IMG/VR virus record: IMGVR_UViG_3300025133_006719
Location: 1-64,000 of that record
Direction: 5' to 3' (one strand)
DNA length: 64,000 bases
Source: a virus
The first letter of the stretch is position 1. Each line of letters opens with the position of its first letter. The position numbers and the translations under genes are program-made. This document shows positions 28,465 through 38,801 of the stretch, piece by piece. The notes under the pieces are model-generated. The model did not search any database. It had not been told where the DNA came from and was given only the letters and a program-made list of their open reading frames with translations.

Positions 28465-29329
28465 GCTAGGATACTCCCAAATCCTAGATAACGGTAGAGA
28501 GTACAGGATGAGGCCTCTTTACAGAGAGTCTAGCAATAATAGCTCATTAAGCGTTAAGAAAGATACTGGATACTTCAATGATTGGGGCGTTGGCGAAAAA
28601 GGTTCATTCCAAAGGTTGGTTCAAATTCATTTGAAGGTTACCACGATTGAAGCGTCAAACTGGATAAGGAACAAGGGGTTAAACCAGACCCGCACCAACG
28701 AGGACGACAAACCTAAAGTAAAGGAGGCTAGAAAATTCAACAAGGAATCATTAAAACATATAACCCCAGACCATACCTATTGGGTAAACAGGGGGGTAGC
28801 GGAAGAAACTTTATCTTTGTTCCAAGGGGGCATAGTTGACGCAGGCCAACTCAAAAACAGGTACGTGTTCCCAATTTTCAACAAGCAAAAAGAAGTGATA
28901 GGCTACACGGGTAGAGATATAACCGATAGCAGTAAAATAAAATGGAAACATATGGGAGACAAAAGCCAATGGAAGTACCCACTACAAGTAAATTATAAGG
29001 ATATAAAATCCTGCAATAAGGTAATCCTACTGGAAAGTATCGGAGACATGCTTTCACTTTGGTCCGCTGGAATAAAAAACAGTATGGTTATATTTGGGGT
29101 AGACATAAGTAGCGAAGTTTTTAATCAGCTATTAAGCTTTGACCCAGATAAAATTACAATATCTCTAAATAATGACGAGAGGCAGACCGGAAGCATAGCG
29201 GCACACAAACTAAAAAAGAAACTATTAAAATTTTTTGACCCAAGTCAAGTCGAAGTCATGCTACCTAGACACCATAACGATTTTGGGGATATGTCTACGG
29301 AGGAAGTGAAGGATTTTTTTTATGAGTAA
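28439..29329 (+). CDS. DNA primase (Toprim)
   Basis: R.VFPI...GY.GR, ESIGD.LS, NND..G, NDFG. Confidence 0.85.
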   Translation: MTIKEVLSELGYSQILDNGREYRMRPLYRESSNNSSLSVKKDTGYFNDWGVGEKGSFQRLVQIHLKVTTIEASNWIRNKGLNQTRTNEDDKPKVKEARKFNKESLKHITPDHTYWVNRGVAEETLSLFQGGIVDAGQLKNRYVFPIFNKQKEVIGYTGRDITDSSKIKWKHMGDKSQWKYPLQVNYKDIKSCNKVILLESIGDMLSLWSAGIKNSMVIFGVDISSEVFNQLLSFDPDKITISLNNDERQTGSIAAHKLKKKLLKFFDPSQVEVMLPRHHNDFGDMSTEEVKDFFYE

Positions 29330-29924
29330 CTATGATAGAATATTCGGAATGGAGGAGCAAGAGAAAGACAAAGATCTTTTGAGCTATTACTGGTACGAAG
29401 GCATTCTTACCCCAGCTAAGTGCGAGGAGATGATAAAGATTGGGAAAAGTTACCCCAAACAAACCGCTACAACCTTCGCAAACTCAACTGGAGAGAGTGA
29501 AAGCGAAGTAAGGAATAGCGAAGTAAGATGGGTCCCACTAAACAAAGATACCCAATTCATCTTTGACCTAATAAGGGAATGCTGCGAAGAAGCCAACAAG
29601 AATCTATTCAAAGTTGATATAACCGGCTTTACAGAGGATCTACAATTTACAGAATACGAAGGGGCGGGTAAGCATTACGACTGGCATCCAGACATAGGGC
29701 CGGGAAAGAATAAGAGGAAGCTAACCGTTGTTATTCAATTAAGCGATCCAAAGGATTATACTGGGGGAGATTTAATAGTACAGACAGGCGGCGAAGTTAC
29801 CATGAAGAAAGGCATAGGTAATGTAGTTGTATTCCCTTCATTTTTACTCCACAAGGTTTGCAAAGTTGAGTCCGGCAACAGGTATACTATGATTAGCTGG
29901 GTTAGCGGAAATCCGTGGAGATGA
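29322..29924 (+). CDS. 2OG-Fe(II) oxygenase (prolyl-4-hydroxylase-like)
   Basis: LQFTEY, YDWHPD, RKLT..QLS...Y.GGDL, FPSFL.HKV..V.SG.R. Confidence 0.9.
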   Translation: MSNYDRIFGMEEQEKDKDLLSYYWYEGILTPAKCEEMIKIGKSYPKQTATTFANSTGESESEVRNSEVRWVPLNKDTQFIFDLIRECCEEANKNLFKVDITGFTEDLQFTEYEGAGKHYDWHPDIGPGKNKRKLTVVIQLSDPKDYTGGDLIVQTGGEVTMKKGIGNVVVFPSFLLHKVCKVESGNRYTMISWVSGNPWR

Positions 29925-30901
29925 AAAAAGAAAAAATCTTATCAGCGTCAAGGATCAAGACTTTAGAAAGCTGTTCGTGGTCTTACTATTGTAACTACGA
30001 ACTAAAGATACCCCAGAGACAGAATGAGGGATCTTTGCGCGGAACTATATGCCATTTAGTATTTGAGTTAATTCTAAAAAAGAAACATAATCGACATAAA
30101 GAATTAATCTCAAAAGCTTCCAGCTTAGACGGAAGCCCCTCCATTAAAAGATTAATAATCAAACATTTAAACCAAGACGCGAAAGAGCACGACCTGCCAA
30201 TGAACTCGGAGGAGAATTACGAGTTAATCAATAAGATGATTGTAGTTGGGCTGAGGTATGACTTTTTTGGAGAAGGGGGAAAGGTCACCGACCCAGAAAA
30301 AGAGTTCTTAGTAGTAAGCGAGAAACCAAAATACAAAATACGAGGCTTCATGGATAAGCCTATAATGTACAAAAAAGATAAGACCATCAAAATTGTAGAC
30401 TATAAAAGCAGTAAGCAGAAATTTAGAGGAGAAGAGCTTACCGCAAACATACAAGCGATGTCTTACTCTTTAGCTTCTTTAAAACTTTGGCCAACACTTA
30501 AACCTACTATTGAGTTTCTATTTCTAAGGTTTCCTAAGTCAGCCGCACAACAATGTGTTTATACAGTGGAGGAACTTGAAGGTTTTGAATACTTTTTAGA
30601 GAGTTGTTATAAACAAATAAATTCATTTTCGGAGAAAGATGCGAGAACCAATTACGCCAAAGACGGAAAGTCCTCTTGGATGTGTAAGGCTGGCAAGACT
30701 TGGAGATGCCCATACCTAGACGCTTTTGACTATTACGAGCTACAAGATAAGGATTCTAAATTTATCAGATCAGCGAGAAAAAAAGAAAATTTGAAACAAA
30801 AAAAAGGTGAGAAGATAGTAGAGAAGAGGTATGACGGCTGTCCCGCTCACCCCCACCCAAGCAAGCAAATAGACATAATAGACGACTTGTTTGACTTTTA
30901 A
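29921..30901 (+). CDS. PD-(D/E)xK exonuclease, RecB/Cas4-like with Fe-S cysteines
   Basis: LSASRI...C, GT..H, G.MD, VDYKS, Q..Y, C-terminal Cys cluster. Confidence 0.82.
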   Translation: MKKEKILSASRIKTLESCSWSYYCNYELKIPQRQNEGSLRGTICHLVFELILKKKHNRHKELISKASSLDGSPSIKRLIIKHLNQDAKEHDLPMNSEENYELINKMIVVGLRYDFFGEGGKVTDPEKEFLVVSEKPKYKIRGFMDKPIMYKKDKTIKIVDYKSSKQKFRGEELTANIQAMSYSLASLKLWPTLKPTIEFLFLRFPKSAAQQCVYTVEELEGFEYFLESCYKQINSFSEKDARTNYAKDGKSSWMCKAGKTWRCPYLDAFDYYELQDKDSKFIRSARKKENLKQKKGEKIVEKRYDGCPAHPHPSKQIDIIDDLFDF

Positions 30902-30902
30902 C

Positions 30903-30931
30903 TTGACAAGACATCCCCGGGCAACTATAGT
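30903..30931 (+). promoter_or_regulatory. TTGAC-N7-CCCC promoter, leaderless
   Basis: TTGACA-17nt-TATAGT-6nt-ATG 30938. Confidence 0.8.
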
Positions 30932-30937
30932 GGAGTC

Positions 30938-31708
30938 ATGGACATCATTCCATTATTCAAGAGTCACTATTCTTTAGGCAGGAGTATACTGACTTTGGCG
31001 TCTGAGTCTGAGCCGAATGGCCCAGATTCGATCCCTCAAATAGCCCAAGAGAACTCCTTGAAGGAGGTCTATCTGGTTGATGATTCTATGGGCGGGTTTC
31101 TTGAAGCTTACTCAAGCTTAGCCAAATTCAAGATTAAGCTTATATTTGGGGTCAGGATTACCGTCTGCCAAGATCTTCATAAAAAGAACGAGGCGTCCAT
31201 TCAGACTTCCTGCAAGTATATTATCTTTTGCAAAAACAAGAACGGGTACAAAAGGTTAATCAAAATCTATAGCCAAGCTGCCATCGAAGGGTTCTATTAT
31301 GAGTCAAGAACTGACTTTGAATCAATAAAGAATAACTGGAGCGACAAAGACCTTTTACTTGCAGTTCCTTTTTATGATTCCTTTATATTTCAGAATAATT
31401 TTAGCAGTCGCGGCTGCGTTCCAGATTTTAGCTTTTGTAAGCCCGTGCTCTTTGTAGAAAACAATAACCTACCATATGATCACATACTAAAAGACTTGGT
31501 TGAAGATTATGCTTCTGCATCTAAGTATGAAAAAGTAAACACTCAAAGCGTCTTTTATAAAAACAAAGAAGACTTTAAAGCCTACTTAACTTTTAGATGC
31601 ATTAACAACAGAAGCACATTAGAAAAACCGCAGCTAAACAACATGTCCTCGGACACTTTTTGCTTCGAGAACTGGACAAATCAAGGTCAGGAGGCAGTCA
31701 ATAAGTGA
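30938..31708 (+). CDS. Stand-alone PHP domain of DNA polymerase III alpha
   Basis: SHYSL..S, IKLIFG, KN..GYK.LIK..S.A...GFYY..R.D. Confidence 0.82.
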   Translation: MDIIPLFKSHYSLGRSILTLASESEPNGPDSIPQIAQENSLKEVYLVDDSMGGFLEAYSSLAKFKIKLIFGVRITVCQDLHKKNEASIQTSCKYIIFCKNKNGYKRLIKIYSQAAIEGFYYESRTDFESIKNNWSDKDLLLAVPFYDSFIFQNNFSSRGCVPDFSFCKPVLFVENNNLPYDHILKDLVEDYASASKYEKVNTQSVFYKNKEDFKAYLTFRCINNRSTLEKPQLNNMSSDTFCFENWTNQGQEAVNK

Positions 31709-32775
31709 GTACAGGAACCAATAAAACAAAAAAAAGAAACATAGTTGCAGTAAATAGTTACTGCTCTGACCTAGCTAAGGAGTCCGTAATGGTCGAATGT
31801 ATTAGCAGGTTCAAAGAATTCGGGTACGATGTCTTGCATGTATCTGGAGCACCAGTAAGAGATAAGTATCAGAGTCTTTCTGATTATTATTTTCACAATG
31901 CAAAAGGTAATGTATTGTTATCGAGTGACAAGTCTGCCGTAATATGGTATGCTAATAATAAGATATCAATTCACGCTGACCCCCAAAGGCATGGGTTTGC
32001 TTGTGTTAGTAATTTTTCTATGAGTGCTTACATAGCCGAAGGGCTAGGTTATGATAATATTATTTATACCGATTTTGACAACATTATAAGCCATAAGGAT
32101 CTTCACGCTTTAGATAGCCTTGTGTCCTATCTAGACGTTTACGAAGCGGCCTTCTTTACCCCCGCCGACATGTTTCAACACCGAGATGGAACTCCACAAG
32201 ACTGGTTAGAGACTTTGGTAGCCGCAGGCCGCACTTCTTTTTTAAACAAGGCTAAGTTCCCTAAAACCCTAAAAGAATGGCATCAAGACCCCTGCTTCAC
32301 TAGGCCCAATGGGACTTACGTCCCCGCAGAGGAGGGAGTAGCCCTTAAAATAAAAAGCTTTGACGGGAGGGGTTATCCTGTCAAAAAAATAAACAACACT
32401 AACATTAAACATAGGATAGATAGCTTTTTTCCAAACAGTAGAATGGACTGCTGCTCTAGAAACGAGGCCAGCATCGCCTACAATAAAAAATCCCCACATA
32501 ATCCATACTTCTATATAGTAATTCAAAAAGATTCAGATTACAAGGTACACATCAATAGCAGAAAATCTTCCCCGCCCTATACAGAGAAGAAGACCTCAAG
32601 GTCTTTATCGTGGGTGAGGGCCGGACAATTCTTTTCAACAGAATTGGATCTACGGGAAAAAGAGTGGGATGTTAAAGCCACCAAAAATGGTATATTAATT
32701 TTCGATAGAACCATCAGCGTTAAGAACATACAAGAATACAAACACGGCCCTACCGTACAGTTACTCAATGAATAA
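31705..32775 (+). CDS. Hypothetical protein (possible GT-A-like, YTDFD)
   Basis: Long ORF overlapping both neighbours. Confidence 0.55.
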   Translation: MSTGTNKTKKRNIVAVNSYCSDLAKESVMVECISRFKEFGYDVLHVSGAPVRDKYQSLSDYYFHNAKGNVLLSSDKSAVIWYANNKISIHADPQRHGFACVSNFSMSAYIAEGLGYDNIIYTDFDNIISHKDLHALDSLVSYLDVYEAAFFTPADMFQHRDGTPQDWLETLVAAGRTSFLNKAKFPKTLKEWHQDPCFTRPNGTYVPAEEGVALKIKSFDGRGYPVKKINNTNIKHRIDSFFPNSRMDCCSRNEASIAYNKKSPHNPYFYIVIQKDSDYKVHINSRKSSPPYTEKKTSRSLSWVRAGQFFSTELDLREKEWDVKATKNGILIFDRTISVKNIQEYKHGPTVQLLNE

Positions 32776-33424
32776 AGATTTACTTAGATTTAATCAAGAT
32801 AAAGTATATACTTTTTGCGACTTCGAGACGTACAATTTATGCCTGAACTTTTGTCAAAACCGCCCTTGGCAAGCTGGCCTAATAAAATACAAAGGAAACA
32901 AAATTCTCGACTCTCAAGATCTATATATAAAATGGGACACAGACTTAAAGGTCGGAGAGGAAGCGGCTAGAATAACTGGTTACAACGAGAAGAAATTCCT
33001 GTCAAAAGCTATCAGCCCAGAGGAGGCTTTCAAACAAATGTCACCTTGGTTTGATGAATGCGACTATATAGTTGGCCATAATTTTTTAGGATTTGACTTA
33101 TATTTGCTGAAAGGGTATTACGAATTCATGGGAGAGAGCTATAACCACTTAGTAGAAAAGATAATAGATACTAATTGTTTGGCTAGGGGTATCAAGTATG
33201 ACATACCTTTCAGAAATGAAGGAGGAAAACTTAGCAATAGAGAGCTATGTCTTTACCAATACAAAATACTGAACACGAGGAGAAGAAGGGTTAAAAGTAA
33301 CCTAACAGCTCTTGGCAAGGAGTTTGACATAGAACATGATTATGATAAGCTGCATGACGCTATAGTTGACCTACGCTTAAACATAAAAGTCTGGAACAAG
33401 CTAAAAATGCAAATAAACATATAA
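32768..33424 (+). CDS. DEDDh 3'-5' exonuclease (Pol III epsilon-like)
   Basis: DFET, VGHN...FD, IDT, HDA..D. Confidence 0.88.
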   Translation: MNKDLLRFNQDKVYTFCDFETYNLCLNFCQNRPWQAGLIKYKGNKILDSQDLYIKWDTDLKVGEEAARITGYNEKKFLSKAISPEEAFKQMSPWFDECDYIVGHNFLGFDLYLLKGYYEFMGESYNHLVEKIIDTNCLARGIKYDIPFRNEGGKLSNRELCLYQYKILNTRRRRVKSNLTALGKEFDIEHDYDKLHDAIVDLRLNIKVWNKLKMQINI

Positions 33425-33624
33425 TGCCATCTTTAGATTACTTAGAGGACTTAAAAGATAAACTAGAAAAAGATAACTTAGATTATTTTATGGTAGTTAT
33501 TTCTAGAGGAGAGAAGAAGAATAAAGCTAACGTTTGTTATAAGCTCTCTAAAAAGCATACAATCGATACGCTTAAAAAGGTTCTTCACAGATTAGACATA
33601 GAAGGAGCGATTGAAAATGACTGA
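33424..33624 (+). CDS. Hypothetical protein
   Basis: TAATG coupling. Confidence 0.6.
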   Translation: MPSLDYLEDLKDKLEKDNLDYFMVVISRGEKKNKANVCYKLSKKHTIDTLKKVLHRLDIEGAIEND

Positions 33625-36190
33625 AAAGACTTTTAATAGTAACTTCTCCGACTTGGACTTAGAAATCCACGGAGTCAGACTGCCAAATTTTAAGCCAAAC
33701 AAAAAAGGCGTAAAACTGTCCGGTAACGACAACTTTAGTTTCTTAAAGTCCTTATGTAACGAAGGGATAAAGAGGATTAAAGAGGAAGTGACCCCAGATG
33801 AATACCCCAACTACGTAAACAGGGGCAAGTATGAGTTAAACACTATTCACGAATTAGGATTTACCGACTATATTCTTTTGGTTTGGGACGTGGTTCACTT
33901 TTGTCACAGAAATAACATCCCAGTCGGACAAGGTCGCGGCTCTGCTGCCGGTAGTTTAGTTTTGTATTTAATTGGGGTAACTAAAATAGATCCTGTTAAA
34001 TACGACCTATTTTTCGAAAGGTTTATATCTAAAACCAGAGCAAAAAAACAAGTAGTAGGAGGGATAACATATTTAGACGGAGAGTTAATGTGTGATGTAG
34101 ATATTGACGTTTGTTATTATAAGCGCCAACAGGTCTTAGAGTATTTAGAGAAAAAATTCAAAGGTAAGACAGCAAAGATTTTAACCCTTAATAAACTTAG
34201 CAGTAAGCTCCTTATAAAAGAGTGTGGGAAAATAGCAGGCAGTAAAACCGAGGTTGAAATGAATGTGGTTTCCTCTCTAATACCTAAGGTTTTTGGGAAA
34301 GTAACTGACCTTGAGACAGCAAGAGAAGAAGTTGAACAGCTTGACGAATGGTTTAACGAGAATGAGGAGGTTTATAGAATAGCATTAAAACTAAAAAACC
34401 TAATTAAAAATAAAGGAGTTCACCCTTCCGGAATACTTTTGTCTTATGGTAAACTAGAGGAGTCTTGCCCCTTGGAGTTGTCCTCAGACAAGAACCCTAT
34501 CTCTGGCTTTGATATGAATTGGGTTTCTCTAACCAATACAAAACTTGACATACTGGGGCTAAGGAGCGTCTCGGTTGTAGATAACGCATGTAAGGAGATA
34601 GGGATAGACGTTGAGGATATAGATCTTAACGATAATTTCATTTACCAAAACCTGCAAGAACTCAGAGCTCCACACGGCCTATTTCAAATAGAGGCTGACA
34701 CCAACTTCAGAGTTTGCCAGAAAGTAAAACCTAAAAATCTAGAACAGTTGAGCGCGGTGTTAGCTTTAGGAAGACCGGGGGCACTAGCTTTTGTTGATCA
34801 GTATTCCAACTACTCTAATAACGATGTTTACGATTCCATACATCCTTTCTTTGATGATATTCTAAAAAGCACAGGGGGAGTTTGTCTCTACCAAGAGCAG
34901 ATGATGAAGATGGCTCACAAAATCGGCTTCACATTAGATGAAGCGGAAATTTTGCGTCGTATAGTCGGGAAAAAGAAAGTGGCTCAAGTAAGGGAATGGA
35001 AGGAGAAGATTGCGGATAAGGTGGAGGAAAATAGGCTTACAAGTGAATGGATGGGGGATAAAGGTAATGTTGACGTGGGAGATGTCCTCTGGAGTGTTTT
35101 GGAGGACTCAGCTAACTACTCTTTTAATAAGTCTCATTCTATAGCTTACGCTGCCCTATCAGCTTCTACGATTTATTTAAAATTCAAATATCCAAAAGAG
35201 TTTTTTCTGTCTCTACTTAAAATGACGAGGCATGAACCCGATCCTATTACCGAAATCGCCAAAATAGAAAGGGAGTTAGACCTTTTTGGAATTAAACTTA
35301 TGGCTCCCCACATCTTAAAGTCAGACTTAGATTTCAAAATCGAAGGTGACAATATAAGGTTTGGTTTATTATCTATCAAAGGGATATCGGATAAGTCGGT
35401 GGAGAAGTTAATGAACTTCAGAAAGGAGTACGCAAACAAGTTTGAAATATTCCAAGGGGCAAATGAAGCTGGATTAACGCTGCCTGTATTATGCCCTCTC
35501 ATACAAGCTGGGGCTTTAGAGGGCTTCAAGCAGTCTCGCACAAAAGTAGTCTACGAAGCTCAAGTATGGAGCAAGCTAACGGAAAGGGAAAAGATTGCCA
35601 TAATGCCAATAGCTGAAACGTACAACTATGACCTAACTAAATGCGTCAAAGCTTTAAACGAAGAGTTAAAAGACGAGAAAGGCAGACCTATCATCAAGGA
35701 TAGCCGGATAAATACAATTAGAAAAAATACAGAACTTTATAGATTAATTTATTCTCAGAATATAAAATCAGAAAGTTTCGCTAATTGGTATTATGAAAAT
35801 AGGCTTTTAGGATACAACCACGGAGTCAGCTTAAAAGATATATTTGAAGAAAAAACCGACAACCTAGTCAGCATAAGAGAGGTTGAAAATAGCCCCATAG
35901 GTAGACTATCTACATTCATTGGTACTATTTTCGAAAAGCCACATATAGGTAAAACAAAAAAAGGGAACAGCATGTTGAGGACTTCTATATCCGACGATAC
36001 TGGAATCATGAAGGTTCTAATGTTTAACGAGAAGCTGAATACCTGCAAAAGCTTGAATGGGGATAAGTACCCAGAGGAGGGTAACATCGTAATAATAAAA
36101 GGTAAAAAAGTCGAAGAAGCTGTCTTTGCTGACCTAATAGCAGTACAAGATAGCCACGTTTACACAAAGCTTTCAGAAGTTAGGAACTAA
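33617..36190 (+). CDS. dnaE: DNA polymerase III alpha catalytic core (lacks PHP)
   Basis: GRGSAAGSLV, FERF, DVDID, HPSG, KLDILGL, YQEQ.M, YSFNKSH..AY, RFGL..IKG, C-terminal OB fold. Confidence 0.95.
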   Translation: MTEKTFNSNFSDLDLEIHGVRLPNFKPNKKGVKLSGNDNFSFLKSLCNEGIKRIKEEVTPDEYPNYVNRGKYELNTIHELGFTDYILLVWDVVHFCHRNNIPVGQGRGSAAGSLVLYLIGVTKIDPVKYDLFFERFISKTRAKKQVVGGITYLDGELMCDVDIDVCYYKRQQVLEYLEKKFKGKTAKILTLNKLSSKLLIKECGKIAGSKTEVEMNVVSSLIPKVFGKVTDLETAREEVEQLDEWFNENEEVYRIALKLKNLIKNKGVHPSGILLSYGKLEESCPLELSSDKNPISGFDMNWVSLTNTKLDILGLRSVSVVDNACKEIGIDVEDIDLNDNFIYQNLQELRAPHGLFQIEADTNFRVCQKVKPKNLEQLSAVLALGRPGALAFVDQYSNYSNNDVYDSIHPFFDDILKSTGGVCLYQEQMMKMAHKIGFTLDEAEILRRIVGKKKVAQVREWKEKIADKVEENRLTSEWMGDKGNVDVGDVLWSVLEDSANYSFNKSHSIAYAALSASTIYLKFKYPKEFFLSLLKMTRHEPDPITEIAKIERELDLFGIKLMAPHILKSDLDFKIEGDNIRFGLLSIKGISDKSVEKLMNFRKEYANKFEIFQGANEAGLTLPVLCPLIQAGALEGFKQSRTKVVYEAQVWSKLTEREKIAIMPIAETYNYDLTKCVKALNEELKDEKGRPIIKDSRINTIRKNTELYRLIYSQNIKSESFANWYYENRLLGYNHGVSLKDIFEEKTDNLVSIREVENSPIGRLSTFIGTIFEKPHIGKTKKGNSMLRTSISDDTGIMKVLMFNEKLNTCKSLNGDKYPEEGNIVIIKGKKVEEAVFADLIAVQDSHVYTKLSEVRN

Positions 36191-36227
36191 CTGGAAAAAC
36201 AAATAAATATTAAATATAATAACTAAA

Positions 36228-36818
36228 ATGGCAAGAATACAATTCTATAAACCGAACCCTAAAGGAACAGGCAGCGCATGTTCTTTTTGGAGCAGCGTAA
36301 AAGACGGATCACTTTTTGGTTCGTTCATTAAACAAAGCTCTTGGAACGATAAGACGAAAACAGGTTCGTTCAAAGCTAATAAAGAGAATCCCGCTGCAAG
36401 CACTCAATTTAAATTTAACCGTAATGAGGTGGCGGCAATTTTAGATTGCATAGAATCCGATAGGGAATTTTCAGCTTACCATAGCACCCCGAAGCAGATT
36501 ACTCGCTTCAAATTCACCCCCTATTCGAATGCTAAAGGCAGAGTTGGATTTTCTTACTCCGTAAACAAGGAAGACAAGGAGGACTCAACCAACAAAGCTG
36601 GTTTTATCATAGGCTTAACTTTTGCAGAGGCTAGGCACCTAAAGGAATATTTTATCTACACCCTAGCTTCCATGTTTAAATGGGAGGACGAGCAAGCTGC
36701 TGCGAATGAATCCTCACCAGACTCAGGTACAGAAAAAAAACCTCAGAATAAAAAAGAAACTCCATCCGTCAAAGCTCCTGACATCTCAGATGTTTTAGAG
36801 GATGACGAAAATTGGTAA
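36228..36818 (+). CDS. Putative ssDNA-binding protein (PC4/Whirly-like) with acidic tail
   Basis: Aromatic beta-rich core, tail EDDENW, position after dnaE. Confidence 0.45.
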   Translation: MARIQFYKPNPKGTGSACSFWSSVKDGSLFGSFIKQSSWNDKTKTGSFKANKENPAASTQFKFNRNEVAAILDCIESDREFSAYHSTPKQITRFKFTPYSNAKGRVGFSYSVNKEDKEDSTNKAGFIIGLTFAEARHLKEYFIYTLASMFKWEDEQAAANESSPDSGTEKKPQNKKETPSVKAPDISDVLEDDENW

Positions 36819-36866
36819 ACTTGCGAAAACTGACAAAACTTTGTTAACTGTCACAATTAAATAAGT

Positions 36867-38801
36867 GTGAAGAAGAAAAAGCTATTATTCCAAAGCGACT
36901 TTGCTTTAATGAAAACGGGCTTTGGCCGAAATGCCAGAGCTGTTTTGTCTTATTTGTATAAGACTGGTAAATATGAGATACTGCACTACTGCTGCGGTAT
37001 GAACAAAGATAACGTGATGCTTGACAAAACGCCTTGGAAAAGCGTTGGATGCATACCACCTGCTGGCGAGCTACGCGGGAAGAAAGCTAAAGACCCCTCA
37101 ATACAGAGGGATGTAAATTACGGTTCCCTTTTTATTGATGAGGTCGTTAAGGACTTTAAACCTGACGTATATATAGCAGTACAAGATATTTGGGGCGTAG
37201 ATTTCGCAGTTCCTAAACAATGGTTTAGTAAAATCACTTCATGCATATGGACTACGCTTGATTCCTTACCTATTTTGCCATCAGCCGTTAAGACAGCAAA
37301 AAAGGTCAACAACTATTGGATATGGAGCAACTTCGCAACTCAAGAGCTTAGGAGACTTGGGCATGAACATGTTAAAACAGTAAGAGGGGCAGTAGAGTGT
37401 ACGTACTTTAAGAGATTAAAGAATAGGAATGAGCTTAGAAATAAATTTAACCTTAAAGATAATTTTGTCATTGGCTTTGTATTTAGGAATCAATTAAGAA
37501 AATCTGTACCCAACCTCCTAGAAGGGTTTTCCCTCTTTAAGTTGGCTCACCCAAATGCGAAAGCGAAACTGTTGCTACATACAAGCTTCGAAGAAGGCTG
37601 GGGCATTCCTAAGTTAGCAAAAGAATACGATATACCAATCGAGGATATACTAACAACGTATGTCTGCGCCAAATGTAAACACTATGAGGTACAACCATAT
37701 ACAAAAAACGTATTAGACTGTAAAAAGTGTGAGTCGGAGAAAACTGTAAAAACTGTAAATATAGGTACAGCAGCAACCGAGGCTCAATTAAATGAAGTCT
37801 ATAACTTAATGGATGTATATTGCCATCCATTCACCAGCGGTGGTCAAGAGATCCCAATCCAAGAAGCGAAACTAACCGAACTGGTTACGCTAGTTACCAA
37901 CTATAGCTGTGGCGTGGATTCTTGCGTAGAAGAAGCCGCATCTTTACCTTTAGAGTGGTCCGAATACAGAGAGCAAGGCACAGAGTTTAGAAAAGCTTCC
38001 ACCAAGCCAGAGTCAATCCTAGAACAGCTTCGTAAAGTCTATAATATGACTGATGAAGAAAGAACTAAAATGGGCAAGCAGGCCAGAAAATGGGTGTTAT
38101 TGAATTTCGATACTCCTGTTATAGGAAAACAGATATGTGAGTTCGTGGACGATGCCCCCTTTGTAGACGAATCTGTTTTTGGGGAGGGCGAGGAGGAAGA
38201 GATAAACCCCTATATTCCCATAGACAACAGTATCAAGGAGGATAAGCAGTGGCTAACAGAAGCTTATCACAAAATTTTAAGCATGACCCACGTTGACGAA
38301 GACGACGATGGTCACAAATATTGGATGGAGCTTTTAGAGTCAAAGAAAAACAGCAGACAAGATGTTGAGAGTTACTTTAGGCAGACCGCTATAGACAACA
38401 AAAATAAAAAAATACTTAGAATCAGCGATGACAAATTTTCATCTCATCTAGACGAAGACGACGAGGGTAAGCGCATTATAATGGTAATCCCTAAGGACGC
38501 TGGGGATGTATACTTGGCTACCAGCTTGCTTCCAAGCATTAACAGGCTTTACCCCGACTACAATCTCTATTTTGCTTGTGAGGATAAGTTCAAGGATATT
38601 ATCTTAGGGAATCCTCATGTTCATAAGTGGGTTCCTTTTTGTCAGTCTATGGAGCAGGGGGTTTGGCTGGAAGGAAATGGCAATCATAAAGGATGGTTCG
38701 AGGTCGCTTATGTTCCTTTCTTAACAATTCAAGAGAACCTATCTAGCTGGCTTCATAACGATAAAAAAGATAAATTAGATTTAGAGCTATGCACATATTA
38801 G
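36867..38801 (+). CDS. GT4-like glycosyltransferase with Zn-finger insert and C-terminal GT9-like half domain
   Basis: TGFG, RNQ.RK, CAKC..CKKC, YN.MD, GGQEIP..EA, then AGDV..ATS...I..GNPHV. Confidence 0.8.
   Translation: MKKKKLLFQSDFALMKTGFGRNARAVLSYLYKTGKYEILHYCCGMNKDNVMLDKTPWKSVGCIPPAGELRGKKAKDPSIQRDVNYGSLFIDEVVKDFKPDVYIAVQDIWGVDFAVPKQWFSKITSCIWTTLDSLPILPSAVKTAKKVNNYWIWSNFATQELRRLGHEHVKTVRGAVECTYFKRLKNRNELRNKFNLKDNFVIGFVFRNQLRKSVPNLLEGFSLFKLAHPNAKAKLLLHTSFEEGWGIPKLAKEYDIPIEDILTTYVCAKCKHYEVQPYTKNVLDCKKCESEKTVKTVNIGTAATEAQLNEVYNLMDVYCHPFTSGGQEIPIQEAKLTELVTLVTNYSCGVDSCVEEAASLPLEWSEYREQGTEFRKASTKPESILEQLRKVYNMTDEERTKMGKQARKWVLLNFDTPVIGKQICEFVDDAPFVDESVFGEGEEEEINPYIPIDNSIKEDKQWLTEAYHKILSMTHVDEDDDGHKYWMELLESKKNSRQDVESYFRQTAIDNKNKKILRISDDKFSSHLDEDDEGKRIIMVIPKDAGDVYLATSLLPSINRLYPDYNLYFACEDKFKDIILGNPHVHKWVPFCQSMEQGVWLEGNGNHKGWFEVAYVPFLTIQENLSSWLHNDKKDKLDLELCTY

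Noticed and set aside
29921-30901. Cas4 as part of a CRISPR system
   Set aside because: No repeat-spacer array or other cas genes seen; stand-alone Cas4-like nucleases are common in phage replication modules
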